Assembly (NCBI GenBank): GCA_905203475.1 | Contig: CAJKWD010000002.1 | Coordinates: 1,658-65,657, forward strand | From: an uncultured Acholeplasmataceae bacterium | GTDB taxonomy: Bacteria > Bacillota_I > Bacilli_A > RF39 > UBA660 | DNA length: 64,000 nt | Direction: 5' to 3' | Program-made: the position numbers and the translations under genes | Notes under the pieces: model-generated | Seen by the model: the letters and a program-made list of their open reading frames with translations, nothing else | What the model was told of the DNA's origin: nothing | The model's database searches: none | In this document: in pieces, positions 34,179-43,852 of the stretch | Position numbering within the stretch: the first letter of the stretch is position 1 | Layout: each line of letters starts with the position of its first letter

Positions 34179-36179
34179 ATGACAATGGAAGAATTAATTA
34201 TTCGCAATATAAAAACTTTAGGAATTGATATGATAAAACAGGCAGGAAGTGGACATCCAGGAATTGTATTGGATGCTGCTCCGATGATGTATACTTTGTT
34301 CTCGAAGCATCTACTGTTTAATGTCAATGATCCACACTGGTTGAATCGTGATCGTTTTGTGTTATCTTCTGGTCATGGTTCTGCACTTTTGTATGCGACG
34401 ATGTATTTATGTGGGTATCATTTATCATTAGATGATTTAAAGCAATTTCGTAAGTATGGTTCTAAAACACCAGGGCATCCAGAATATGGGGTGACTGAAG
34501 GTGTAGAGGTTTCAACTGGACCTTTAGGACAAGGAATTGCTACAGCAGTAGGGTTGGCCTTAGGAGAAAAAATATTAGAGAATCGTTTTTTAATACATCG
34601 TACAGATAAAAAGAACAAAATGGAAAAGATGTTTGATTATCATGTTTATTGTCTATGTGGAGATGGCGATTTGATGGAGGGAATTGCACAGGAGGCAATT
34701 TCTTTAGCTGGTTCTTGGAAATTAAATAATTTAATTGTATTATACGATTGCAATTCTATTAGCTTAGATGGTGATACGAAACACACATTAGATGAAGATA
34801 TTTTAAAACGTTTTGAAGCTTGTGGTTGGGAAACGCTTTCTGTATCAAATGGGAATGATGTTAAAGATATTGATCGTGCTTTGGATAAGGCAAAACGTTC
34901 TTCAATGCCAACGATTATTCGCGTAAAAACGAAAATCGGAGAAGGTTCTCTTTTAGAAGGAACAAATGCAGTCCATGGAAAAGTATTAGATGACCAGGAT
35001 ATGGCACAGTTAAAGCAAAAATTAGGTATGCCAGATACTCCATTTTATGTCCATGATGGAGCAAAAAATACATTTACAGCAGCTTTAGCACAGCATACAA
35101 GTGCGAAATATCAAGAGTGGGCGAATGAATATCGTCAGTATCAACAAGAAACGGGAGAAGAATTACCAAAAGAATTAAAATTTCTATTGAATCGTGAAGA
35201 TGAGATTGATTTAAGCAAGAAGGAATGGGTGCTTCCTGATCCTGAGGATAAGATTGCTTCTCGTGATTTAAACCATATGGTATTAGAAGAATTAGCAAAG
35301 TCTTACGACTATTTAATTGGAGGAAGTGCTGATTTAGCATCTTCTACTAAAACGTATTTAAAAGATTATCCTGACATTTTAAATGAAACTCATTATCTTG
35401 GAAAAAATATATGGTTTGGAGTACGTGAACATGCTATGGGGGCTATTTTAAATGGTTTAGCACTTACAGGATTTCATCCATATGGCTCTACATTCTTATC
35501 TTTTTCTGACTATTTAAAACCGGCTTTGCGTATGTCTGCTTTGATGAGTTTACCAGTTACTTATATCTTTACACATGATGATATTACGATAGGCAGTGAT
35601 GGCCCAACTCATCAACCAATTGAGCAACTAGCCACTTTACGAGCAACACCAAATCTCGATGTCTATCGTCCTTGCGATATGAAAGAAATCATTGGTTGTT
35701 GGAATGAAATACTGAAGCAAAATAAACCAAGTGCATTAATTTTATCGAAAAATCCAGTGACGACTGTGATTTCATCAGATATTGAAAAAGTACATTTTGG
35801 TGCCTATATAATCGCTCCGGAGAGAAGTGTATTACATGCAATTTTAATAGCCACTGGTCCAGAAGTACAAACTGCACTACGATTAAAAGAAAAATTATAT
35901 CATGAGCAAGGAATCGACATTCGTGTTGTTAGTATGGTATGCATGGAGAAATTTTTAGAACAACCAAAAGAATATCAAGATGAGATTTTAACACCATATA
36001 TCAAAACATTTGTGTTAGAATATTCTTCTTCTTTAAGCTGGTATCGTTTTGTTTACAATGATAAATTCTTATTTACAATTGATACGTTTGGTGCAAGCGG
36101 TTCGAAAGATGATATTTTAAAAGCGCATCGATTAGATTTTGATTCAGTATTACAGAGAATGATTGAATTAATTAAGTAG
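34179..36179 (+). CDS. tkt: Transketolase
   Basis: SGHPG, a GDGDLMEG-type TPP motif (CGDGDLMEGI), and GSDGPTHQPIEQL. Confidence 0.97.
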   Translation: MTMEELIIRNIKTLGIDMIKQAGSGHPGIVLDAAPMMYTLFSKHLLFNVNDPHWLNRDRFVLSSGHGSALLYATMYLCGYHLSLDDLKQFRKYGSKTPGHPEYGVTEGVEVSTGPLGQGIATAVGLALGEKILENRFLIHRTDKKNKMEKMFDYHVYCLCGDGDLMEGIAQEAISLAGSWKLNNLIVLYDCNSISLDGDTKHTLDEDILKRFEACGWETLSVSNGNDVKDIDRALDKAKRSSMPTIIRVKTKIGEGSLLEGTNAVHGKVLDDQDMAQLKQKLGMPDTPFYVHDGAKNTFTAALAQHTSAKYQEWANEYRQYQQETGEELPKELKFLLNREDEIDLSKKEWVLPDPEDKIASRDLNHMVLEELAKSYDYLIGGSADLASSTKTYLKDYPDILNETHYLGKNIWFGVREHAMGAILNGLALTGFHPYGSTFLSFSDYLKPALRMSALMSLPVTYIFTHDDITIGSDGPTHQPIEQLATLRATPNLDVYRPCDMKEIIGCWNEILKQNKPSALILSKNPVTTVISSDIEKVHFGAYIIAPERSVLHAILIATGPEVQTALRLKEKLYHEQGIDIRVVSMVCMEKFLEQPKEYQDEILTPYIKTFVLEYSSSLSWYRFVYNDKFLFTIDTFGASGSKDDILKAHRLDFDSVLQRMIELIK

Positions 36180-36197
36180 GAGTTTCCTACTTTTTTT
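36175..36197 (+). terminator. Rho-independent terminator
   Basis: agtagga-gtt-tcctact followed by T6. Confidence 0.75.
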
Positions 36198-36243
36198 GTA
36201 TGATTTCGACACTCCTATATGTTTAAATAAGAATGGTGATGGG

Positions 36244-36651
36244 ATGAGAACATATTATTTATTTTTAATTCAAGGTGAGATTGCAAATACATTAGAAGAA
36301 AAAGAATTCGAACTATATTATATGTTAAAACGAATCATAGAAGGAAAAGAGGAAACAATTTCATACCGTATTCCTTGTTATTTACAACTTTGTAAATCAT
36401 GGCCTAAAGAGGTCTTAAATCACTATTTTACGACGAAATATCCACATTCGAAAAAGAAATATGATTATGAAATTGCAGGAGATTCTTATCTCATTCGCTC
36501 TAGTTATTTAAAGATTGTAACCTCTAAAACAATTCCTGGTATCTTTCGTTTATTAAATTATATGGACCCCTATATTTTTGTGTGTGATTTTGAAAATGGA
36601 GATTATTTTTATTTGAAAGCATTTATGAATCATATAAAAATAAAATCATAA
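36244..36651 (+). CDS. SirA (YneE)-like sporulation inhibitor of replication
   Basis: 135 aa. The N-terminal YYLFLIQGEIAN resembles B. subtilis SirA YYTYLIKEEFAN. The tkt-sirA-yneF synteny matches Bacillus. Confidence 0.5.
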   Translation: MRTYYLFLIQGEIANTLEEKEFELYYMLKRIIEGKEETISYRIPCYLQLCKSWPKEVLNHYFTTKYPHSKKKYDYEIAGDSYLIRSSYLKIVTSKTIPGIFRLLNYMDPYIFVCDFENGDYFYLKAFMNHIKIKS

Positions 36652-36713
36652 ATTGTAGTAAGCCTTGAAAGTTTCATGATTTTTTAGTAGAATACTATTT
36701 AGGAGGTTATAGC

Positions 36714-36941
36714 ATGGATTGGATTGCATTTCTAATGGATTTATTAAAAGTGCTAGGAGGTTTTATTGCAGGAGCAGTAGTAGGATTCTTCTTGGCTCGT
36801 AGATATATGAAAAAATATATGAAAAAGAACCCACCGATCAACGAACAAATGATTAAAGGGATGATGATGCAGATGGGTAGAAAGCCGAGTCAAAAGCAAA
36901 TTAATCAGATGATGAAATCAATGACGAAGTATATGGATTAG
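36714..36941 (+). CDS. yneF: UPF0154 membrane protein YneF
   Basis: [46 protein letters not shown] is nearly diagnostic for this family. Confidence 0.9.
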   Translation: MDWIAFLMDLLKVLGGFIAGAVVGFFLARRYMKKYMKKNPPINEQMIKGMMMQMGRKPSQKQINQMMKSMTKYMD

Positions 36942-36973
36942 TCCAATACTTTTTTATTTTATAAAGGAGGCAT

Positions 36974-37660
36974 ATGAAACCATTTATCGGAATTATGGAA
37001 AGGCCTGAAAAGACAAGAGGGCATAATGACGTAACTGTGATGTATGATGATGTTCGTATGGTGGTAGTAGCTTGTGGAGGTATTCCTATCGGGATTGTAC
37101 CTCCTAGTACAACTTGTTATGTAGATCAAAAAGCTTCTGATGTACCAGCATTAACAGAAGAAGAAAAGAACGATCTAACTCGTCTTTTAGATCTGTGTTC
37201 TGGTGTTATTTTCCCTGGTGGAGATGAAGTCATGGATTATGATTTATATGCACTTGATTATTGTTATAAGCACCAACTTCCAACATTAGGTATATGTATG
37301 GGAATGCAAGCGATGGGCGTTTATTTTCACGGCAATTTAAAAGAAATTCACTCATCTTGTAATCATCGCCAAAAGAAACGAGATTATGCTCATGAAGTCA
37401 TATTAGATAAAAGCTCAAAATTATATCAAATCATGCAGAGAGAAATTGTTAAGGTAAATAGTTTTCACAAATATATGGTGACAGATATAGAGAGAATAGA
37501 TGTTGTTGCAACTGCACCTGATGGTGTCATTGAAGCTATAGAAGATAAAAAGCATCCCTTTTTTATAGGAGTGCAATGGCACCCAGAAACACTTTTCTCA
37601 TATGATATTATGAGTCAAAAATTATTTCAAAGATTTTTTGAAATCATAAAGAAAAGGTGA
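36974..37660 (+). CDS. Class I glutamine amidotransferase-like peptidase C26 (gamma-glutamyl hydrolase family)
   Basis: GICMGMQ nucleophile elbow and GVQWHPE. Confidence 0.85.
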   Translation: MKPFIGIMERPEKTRGHNDVTVMYDDVRMVVVACGGIPIGIVPPSTTCYVDQKASDVPALTEEEKNDLTRLLDLCSGVIFPGGDEVMDYDLYALDYCYKHQLPTLGICMGMQAMGVYFHGNLKEIHSSCNHRQKKRDYAHEVILDKSSKLYQIMQREIVKVNSFHKYMVTDIERIDVVATAPDGVIEAIEDKKHPFFIGVQWHPETLFSYDIMSQKLFQRFFEIIKKR

Positions 37661-37665
37661 GAAAG

Positions 37666-38991
37666 ATGAAAGTAGAAGAAATTCAATCACTTCTACGAGG
37701 TATATTAATCCAAGGAACAATAAACGATAAAAACATACTTAACATCTCCATCGATACCCGTACTATGAAAAAAGGGGATGTTTTTATATGTTTAATTGGT
37801 AAACGTTTAGATGGTCATCAATATATAAAAGAAGCAATTAAAAAGAAAGCGAGTGCGATTATTGTATCGAAAATGGTTTCTATTGAAACTGAGATTCCGA
37901 TTCTGTTAGTAGATAATACGGATGAAGCGCTTCAAACACTTGCCCGTTATCATAAAGAACAAATTGAGCCGAGTGTGATTGCAATTACTGGAAGTGTAGG
38001 AAAGACAACTACGAAAGAATTAATTGCTCGTTTTCTATCAAAGAAATATTCTGTATTAAAAAGTGAAGGAAATTTTAATAATCATATTGGTGTTCCTATG
38101 ACAATGTTACAATTAAAAGCCAATCACGAAATCTTAGTATTAGAAATGGGAATGAATCACCAAGGAGAAATTGCTCGTTTATCTATGTTAGCACATCCTA
38201 ATGTTGCGATTATTACAAACATAGGAACGAGTCACATTGGGTATTTAAAATCACGAAAAAATATTTTTAAAGCAAAGATGGAAATTACAGAAGGAATGAA
38301 TCATGGTAGTCTTATCGTTAATGGTAATGATCGCTATTTAAAAAAAGTAAAAGCAACAAAACAATACGATGTTACTTTGGTAAATCAAAATACATTTCAC
38401 GCTCAAATAAAACATAGAAAAGATGGTATTGTTCTGGTATTAAGAGTACAGAAACAAGTCTATCACGTAGATCTTCCATACTGTGCCCTTCATCTATTGG
38501 ATAATATCTTTTTGGCGCTTCAAACAGGTATCATGTATCATGTTCGAATGGAAGATATGATCGAAGTATTAAATCATACATCTTTTCAATTAAAAGGAAG
38601 GTTAGAACATATCGACATCAATTCACATCAAACATTGATCAATGATACATATAATGCTTCTTTGGAATCTAGTTGTGCTGCACTGAAGTATTTAAAAACA
38701 TTGCCAGGAAAAAAATGCATGATATTTGGTGATATCTTAGAACTTGGCAAAAAAAGTAAAAAAATACATCGTCAACTTGCTTGTATGTTCCAAAAAGAAA
38801 AGACAATTGATTTTGTATTCATTGGAAATGAAGTAAAAGTAATGAAAAGAAAATTAAAACATAGTTTGTATTTTTGTTCTGTAGAAGAATATATGAACTA
38901 TATAGAAAAACATCCATTAAAATACGATTATATTTTATTAAAAGCTAGTCATAATATGCACTTTGAAAAAATCATCGATCAATTAAAATAA
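37666..38991 (+). CDS. murF: UDP-MurNAc-tripeptide:D-Ala-D-Ala ligase MurF
   Basis: ITGSVGKTTTKE P-loop, LEMGMNHQGEI, NDTYNAS. Confidence 0.92.
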   Translation: MKVEEIQSLLRGILIQGTINDKNILNISIDTRTMKKGDVFICLIGKRLDGHQYIKEAIKKKASAIIVSKMVSIETEIPILLVDNTDEALQTLARYHKEQIEPSVIAITGSVGKTTTKELIARFLSKKYSVLKSEGNFNNHIGVPMTMLQLKANHEILVLEMGMNHQGEIARLSMLAHPNVAIITNIGTSHIGYLKSRKNIFKAKMEITEGMNHGSLIVNGNDRYLKKVKATKQYDVTLVNQNTFHAQIKHRKDGIVLVLRVQKQVYHVDLPYCALHLLDNIFLALQTGIMYHVRMEDMIEVLNHTSFQLKGRLEHIDINSHQTLINDTYNASLESSCAALKYLKTLPGKKCMIFGDILELGKKSKKIHRQLACMFQKEKTIDFVFIGNEVKVMKRKLKHSLYFCSVEEYMNYIEKHPLKYDYILLKASHNMHFEKIIDQLK

Positions 38992-39011
38992 AGCACATTG
39001 TGCTTTATTTT
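38990..39011. terminator. Bidirectional terminator hairpin
   Basis: aagcac-att-gtgctt flanked by A- and T-runs, between convergent genes. Confidence 0.6.
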
Positions 39012-39385
39012 TCATGTAATGTAAAGTGAATTCCAATCATACCACCAAAAATAGACGTTAGAAATAAGACTAAGTAAAAAATTAAATCTTTGATATGGAA
39101 GCTTTTATCAATCCCTAATACTTGGAATAAAAGAAGGAATATACTTACTACAAAAGCAAACTTCAAACCTTCTAACCATCCTTTTTTAGTTGCTGAGACA
39201 CTCATAAAAAATCCTCCACCAAAGAAACTAACCAATAAGATAATGAATTTGATCACCGCTACCACTTGATATGATAAAACATCAAAATAGTGAAAAATAG
39301 AAAGGAAAAAAGTAAATATAAAAATAATTCCTAAAAAGATTAAGAATGCAATACTATATTTTTTAAAACTCTTTAAATAGTTCAT
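39005..39385 (-). CDS. Small polytopic membrane protein (YrzE/TIGR04086-like)
   Basis: Four predicted TM segments with GG pairs. AGGTGA RBS. Confidence 0.6.
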   Translation of the reverse strand: MNYLKSFKKYSIAFLIFLGIIFIFTFFLSIFHYFDVLSYQVVAVIKFIILLVSFFGGGFFMSVSATKKGWLEGLKFAFVVSIFLLLFQVLGIDKSFHIKDLIFYLVLFLTSIFGGMIGIHFTLHEK

Positions 39386-39457
39386 ATGATCACCTAATTT
39401 ACTATATGTGATGTATAAAAAAATTAGAACAGGTACAAAATGAAATAAGGTGATAAG

Positions 39458-40093
39458 ATGATTGAAATATTTTGGAAATTAAGTTTAGTCTATTTATTTC
39501 TATTAGTCGTATTTCGTTTTCAACCACATAAAGAAGTAAATTCCATGTCTTGCTTTGAATTAGGAAATTTCATATTGCTAATTTTATTTTCTATTGAAAC
39601 GATTCGTAAGACTGGTATTACATTCTATTTTTATAGCCTTGCTTTGGTATTATTGTGGGGGTTACAAATGTTATTACAGTGGTTGATGAAACGAGAAGAG
39701 CGTTTAAAAAAGGCTTTTGGGAAAAGCCCAATTCTACTAATTGAGAATGGAAAATTAAATTTTAAGAATATTAGTCAATTGAACTATAGTCTAGATTATC
39801 TATTTGTAAAATTAAAAGAAGAGGGGATTCATCAAATAGAGGATGTGAATTACGCGGTTTTAGAAGAAGATGGGAGTTTAGCTGTATTTGCCAAAGAAGG
39901 CAGTGATTATCCATTTCCACTTGTTTTAGATGGTGTGATTAACATGAGTGGTTTACATGAAATTGGCAAAGATACGAAATGGCTTCACAAAGTATTAAAA
40001 GGAAAAGGGGTATCATTGAATGAAGTATTTTATGCGTTTCAAAAAAATCATCATACTTTTGTAATAAAAAAACAAGATTTACTTTCTTCATAA
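39458..40093 (+). CDS. DUF421 (YetF-like) membrane protein
   Basis: GKSPILLIENGKLNFKNI...LFVKLKEEGIHQIEDVNYAVLEEDGSLAVF matches the DUF421 pattern. Confidence 0.75.
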   Translation: MIEIFWKLSLVYLFLLVVFRFQPHKEVNSMSCFELGNFILLILFSIETIRKTGITFYFYSLALVLLWGLQMLLQWLMKREERLKKAFGKSPILLIENGKLNFKNISQLNYSLDYLFVKLKEEGIHQIEDVNYAVLEEDGSLAVFAKEGSDYPFPLVLDGVINMSGLHEIGKDTKWLHKVLKGKGVSLNEVFYAFQKNHHTFVIKKQDLLSS

Positions 40094-40121
40094 AAAAAGA
40101 CAGGTAACTGTCTTTTATTTT
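40094..40121. terminator. Bidirectional terminator
   Basis: aaagacag-gtaa-ctgtcttt flanked by A7 and a T-run. Confidence 0.75.
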
Positions 40122-41152
40122 TCAACATAATGATAACTAACAGAACGAATCAGGCGATTCATGATAGCAATACCAAGGCCTTCCTTTTTTACTCCTTCGA
40201 TGATAATAAAGTCAGGTTTTTGACGATCGACTTGACGTAATAGAGTAAAGATATTATGCATTACTTCCTCTAGATGACCGATGTGACCATAGGAATAATA
40301 TGTTTGATCAGGAAAGAATTTTTTGTGTTCCTGAAAACCGATAATTGCAGTATTTTCTTTTAAGTTTTCTCTGATCAATTCCATCATCGTATTTTCATCT
40401 TCTGAATATACCATTAAAGCTTCGGCTTTTGGAGCATAGTGTTTATATTTCATACCCGGGCTTTCTACTTTTCCTGTTGCTTTTTGAAATAAGTGAGAAT
40501 CTAAACGACAGACTCCAACGACTGCTTCAATATCTTGTGGTGTAATTTTACCTGGTCTTAAAATTGTTGGAATACCATCGATTACTTTACAAACAGTTGA
40601 TTCAACACCAATTGTTGTCATACCTCCATCGATCATAAAAGCAACTTTGCCATCAAATTCATCTTTGATATCTTCTAATTTTGTTCCACTAGGGCGACTT
40701 GATAAGTTAGCACTTGGTGCACAAATTGGACGATTAGCATATGTAATTAATTTACGTGCAATTTCATTTTCTGGCATACGAATACCAACAGTATCTAATC
40801 CCGCTGTAACGACATTAGGGACTTTTTCTTTACGTTTTAAAATTAAAGTAAATGGTCCGGGAAAAAAGGCATCGATTAGTTTTTGTTCCATTTCATTTGG
40901 TGTTTCTACTAATTCCTCTAACATATCAAAATCAGCAATATGAACAATAAGTGGGTTATCATTTGCTCTTCCTTTGGCTTTAAATATATTCATAGCCGCA
41001 GTTTCGTTGAGAGCATCTGCTCCAACTCCATATACAGTTTCCGTTGGAAAGATTCCAATTTCTCCTTTTCTTAATAGTTCACCACATTCTTTTAATTTAT
41101 TTTCATCTATTTCCTTTGTACAATCAATGATTCTTGTTTTCATTTTCATCAC
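40115..41152 (-). CDS. tsaC: L-threonylcarbamoyladenylate synthase (Sua5/YwlC/TsaC, long form)
   Basis: GEIGIFPTETVYGVGADA, SANLSSRPS, and a Sua5 C-terminal domain. The start is uncertain (41152, 41149 or 41143). Confidence 0.9.
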   Translation of the reverse strand: MMKMKTRIIDCTKEIDENKLKECGELLRKGEIGIFPTETVYGVGADALNETAAMNIFKAKGRANDNPLIVHIADFDMLEELVETPNEMEQKLIDAFFPGPFTLILKRKEKVPNVVTAGLDTVGIRMPENEIARKLITYANRPICAPSANLSSRPSGTKLEDIKDEFDGKVAFMIDGGMTTIGVESTVCKVIDGIPTILRPGKITPQDIEAVVGVCRLDSHLFQKATGKVESPGMKYKHYAPKAEALMVYSEDENTMMELIRENLKENTAIIGFQEHKKFFPDQTYYSYGHIGHLEEVMHNIFTLLRQVDRQKPDFIIIEGVKKEGLGIAIMNRLIRSVSYHYVEK

Positions 41153-41198
41153 CGCAGTGTATTATACTACAAAGTACTTTATGTTGGCAATTTCCTTT

Positions 41199-42494
41199 CT
41201 AAATAACATTTAATTTTTTTCTAACATGTTTTGCTTGATGTAAAGTAACAAAGATAATATTGGATGAAAGCGCAATGACAAGCGCCCAGAGACCAATTCG
41301 AAAGTAACAGCATACAAATAAAATAACAGTTCTTAAAATCATTCCTAGTAAAGTACCTTTCATCGCCGTTTTAGCCTGTTCCATAGCCTGTAAAGCAGCA
41401 GTTAGAGGTGCTTGAATATAATGGAGGAGAAAAATAGGAGCTAGAACTCTCAAATAGGGGATTCCTTCATGGGTTTGATATATAATTTGGAGAGGAAACT
41501 CAGGAAAGAATACAAAAATAGCTGTAATAGGAATCCCAATTAAAAAAGATATAAGTATAGCAAGACTCAGTTTTTTCTTTGTTCCACGATAGTCTTTCTT
41601 TCCATAGCTTTTACTGATGACAGGAATAAGGGCTTGACTAATTGCCATTGTAAAAAAACTTGGCATTGTTAACATAGGTAGTACATATCCATTTAAAATC
41701 CCATACTCATTGACGATAAAATGATTAGAGTAACCAACTTGTAATAAGACATGTGTCATGATAATTGGTTCTAAGAAGTATCCAATACTTCCAATAAAAC
41801 GTGATCCTGTAGCTGGTAGTGAAATATTTAATATCTTTTTCATAATATTCCATTTCGGAAATAAGTCATACTTTTTAATTTTTATATGTTTCGGTAGAAA
41901 ACAAAATAAAATGATAATGGATGTCATTTCGCTGACAATATTGGAAAGAATGATAAAAGCAACTGCATATTCAATTCCTTTCATTAAAAAATAAGGAATC
42001 CCAATAATCAATGTAAATAACCATACAACATCTTCGACAATACAAGAAAATACATGAGGGAACATCTGTTCCTTTCCAAAAAAATATCCTCTTAAAATAC
42101 TTGTAACACTGATAAAAGGTAAGACAAATCCCATACAGAGAAAGGCGTAATAGCATCTTGGTTCATGCACTAATGAAAAAGCTAGAAATTTTGAGAAACA
42201 AGTTAAAATAATCATTAATAGAATATTTACAAATAATACAATGGGAATGCAAGAGAAAATAATTTCTTTTTCACCATGTTCTTCTTTGGCAATTAAAGTA
42301 GATATCGCAACAGGTAGTCCTAATTGTGCCAAAGAAACAAGTAACATAAAAGTAGGGGATAGTAACATATAAATTCCCATTCCCGTACTTCCGATATTTC
42401 TTGTCATGACAATTTTTATAATCATACCAAGTAATTTTGTGATTGCACCACCGATTAGTAAAATCATTGTGGAACGGATAAATTTATTTTTCAT
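41199..42494 (-). CDS. spoVB: MOP-superfamily flippase, SpoVB/MurJ-like
   Basis: About 12 TM segments. N-terminal STMILLIGGAITKLLGMIIKIVMTRNIG.TGMGIY is typical of SpoVB. At 431 aa it is shorter than B. subtilis SpoVB. Confidence 0.65.
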   Translation of the reverse strand: MKNKFIRSTMILLIGGAITKLLGMIIKIVMTRNIGSTGMGIYMLLSPTFMLLVSLAQLGLPVAISTLIAKEEHGEKEIIFSCIPIVLFVNILLMIILTCFSKFLAFSLVHEPRCYYAFLCMGFVLPFISVTSILRGYFFGKEQMFPHVFSCIVEDVVWLFTLIIGIPYFLMKGIEYAVAFIILSNIVSEMTSIIILFCFLPKHIKIKKYDLFPKWNIMKKILNISLPATGSRFIGSIGYFLEPIIMTHVLLQVGYSNHFIVNEYGILNGYVLPMLTMPSFFTMAISQALIPVISKSYGKKDYRGTKKKLSLAILISFLIGIPITAIFVFFPEFPLQIIYQTHEGIPYLRVLAPIFLLHYIQAPLTAALQAMEQAKTAMKGTLLGMILRTVILFVCCYFRIGLWALVIALSSNIIFVTLHQAKHVRKKLNVI

Positions 42495-42553
42495 GAGTCC
42501 CCCTTATCTAACATATTTTATGTATCTTCTCATTTTGATAGAAGTAAATTTCA

Positions 42554-42582
42554 TTGCACAAATAGAAAAAATGTGTTAAACT
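42554..42582 (+). promoter_or_regulatory. Sigma-A promoter TTGCAC-17-TAAACT (TG-extended)
   Basis: -35 at 42554-42559 and -10 at 42577-42582. Confidence 0.5.
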
Positions 42583-42611
42583 AAAGTTGCTATTAGAAGA
42601 TAGGTGAGTTT

Positions 42612-42668
42612 ATGAAAACAAAGATAAACGTTAACAAAAAGTTACCATGGGGGGGGGTATTTAGCTAA
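42612..42668 (+). CDS. 18-codon upstream ORF (MKTKINVNKKLPWGGVFS) containing the G9 tract
   Basis: AGGTGA RBS 5 nt upstream of the ATG. Too short to score as a gene; annotated as a leader-peptide candidate. Confidence 0.3.
   Translation: MKTKINVNKKLPWGGVFS
42649..42657 (+). repeat. Homopolymeric G9 tract
   Basis: Nine consecutive G in a genome of ~30% G+C. Lies inside the uORF, 99 nt upstream of the 42756 start codon. Confidence 0.95.
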
Positions 42669-42698
42669 CAATACCTTTGTTTTTCAATGTTTTACAGG

Positions 42699-42733
42699 AA
42701 AAAAGTTGTTTTCGTAGTGGAAACAACTTTTTT
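42699..42733 (+). terminator. Terminator-like hairpin in the leader (weak, AU-rich)
   Basis: aaaaaagttgttt-tcgtagtgg-aaacaactttttt. The core is a 7-bp stem with 2 G:C pairs followed by T6. Confidence 0.4.
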
Positions 42734-42755
42734 GTGTGCTAGAAGGAGTAGTTAG

Positions 42756-43745
42756 ATGAGAAAAATTCGTAGAAGAAAAAATAGTGTGAGATCTATTATT
42801 ATCTTAAGTATGTTATGTTTTGTAACAATGGGGATTGGGTATAGTTATTTACAAGAAACTTTAAATGTACATGTTCAAGTCACAAAGAAAGATCAACGGA
42901 TAGATATTACCGAGGATGTTGTCACATCTGGAAGTGGATTATATCAAGATTCATACGAATATGGCAGATATGTTTATAGGGGAAATGAACCTAATAATTA
43001 TATTCAGTTTAATGATGAATTATGGAGAATTATAGCAAAAGAAACAGATGGAACTTACAAAATTGTTCACAATAGTTTGTCAGAGGAACGCGTATATGAT
43101 GAAACAGGCTATAGAGCGACAACTAATAACACATATTGTGATAAGCCTCAATATGGATGTAATATTTTTGGAAAAGTAAATGGTATTTTTACATCTGCTA
43201 ATAAAAGTGGTACTATTACACAAGATTCTAGTCTTGCCAGTTATTTAAATAGTACATATTATACAAAGCTAAGTAGTACTGCTCAAAATCTAATTCAAGT
43301 ACATAATTTTAATATTGGAAATGTGATTCATATGCCAAAGGCAGATAACGATAGTATTGCAAAAAATATTGAAGATGAGAAGGCGTACCAGTGGGAAGGC
43401 AAAGTAGGGCTCATAAATGTAACAGATTATTTGAGAGCGACTATAAATAATGAATGTAAGTCAGCGTCATATGATAATTCAACAAATGATGCGTGTACAT
43501 CTTATTTAGTGGAAGACTTAGATGTGAATCAACATTATTGGACTATGAATGGTTATTCTGGTGAAACAAGTGCTTCTTCTAATGCCGTTTGGTATGTCAG
43601 TCATTTTAGTTCCGGATTTCGTTTAAGAAATATCGTTGCTAATTCTGCTTCACGTTATGTTCGTCCAGTAGTTTATTTAAAAGCAGATATTCAATTTATA
43701 GATGGAAAGGGAACAGAAAGTGATCCATATATCATCACTTTATAA
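42756..43745 (+). CDS. Secreted lectin-like protein, paralog of the 1-1142 gene (non-diversified copy)
   Basis: N-terminal signal-anchor. ELWRIIAKETDGTYKIV, HYWTMNGYS, RYVRPVVYLK, GKGTESDPYIITL. AAGGAG RBS. Confidence 0.85.
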   Translation: MRKIRRRKNSVRSIIILSMLCFVTMGIGYSYLQETLNVHVQVTKKDQRIDITEDVVTSGSGLYQDSYEYGRYVYRGNEPNNYIQFNDELWRIIAKETDGTYKIVHNSLSEERVYDETGYRATTNNTYCDKPQYGCNIFGKVNGIFTSANKSGTITQDSSLASYLNSTYYTKLSSTAQNLIQVHNFNIGNVIHMPKADNDSIAKNIEDEKAYQWEGKVGLINVTDYLRATINNECKSASYDNSTNDACTSYLVEDLDVNQHYWTMNGYSGETSASSNAVWYVSHFSSGFRLRNIVANSASRYVRPVVYLKADIQFIDGKGTESDPYIITL

Positions 43746-43852
43746 ATATGGTTGTAAAGAGATAGAATATTTATCTCTTTTTTATGGCTATTTTTGTCTT
43801 TTTCATAAGTTTTTATATATTTGACTTTAAAATTTCTAAAAAAATAGGTATA

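Noticed and set aside
40647-41213. Plus-strand ORFs 40647-40943 and 40974-41213
   Set aside because: They are antisense to the well-supported tsaC/sua5 gene and are Ser/Ile-rich shadow frames.
42649-42657. G9 tract as a frameshift switch fusing the uORF to the 42756 gene, or as a promoter-spacer length switch
   Set aside because: Neither the +1 nor the -1 frame reaches the 42756 start codon; both hit stop codons before it. The flanking TTACCA / TAACAA hexamers are too weak to call a promoter. Only the attenuator-masking idea was kept, as a hypothesis.
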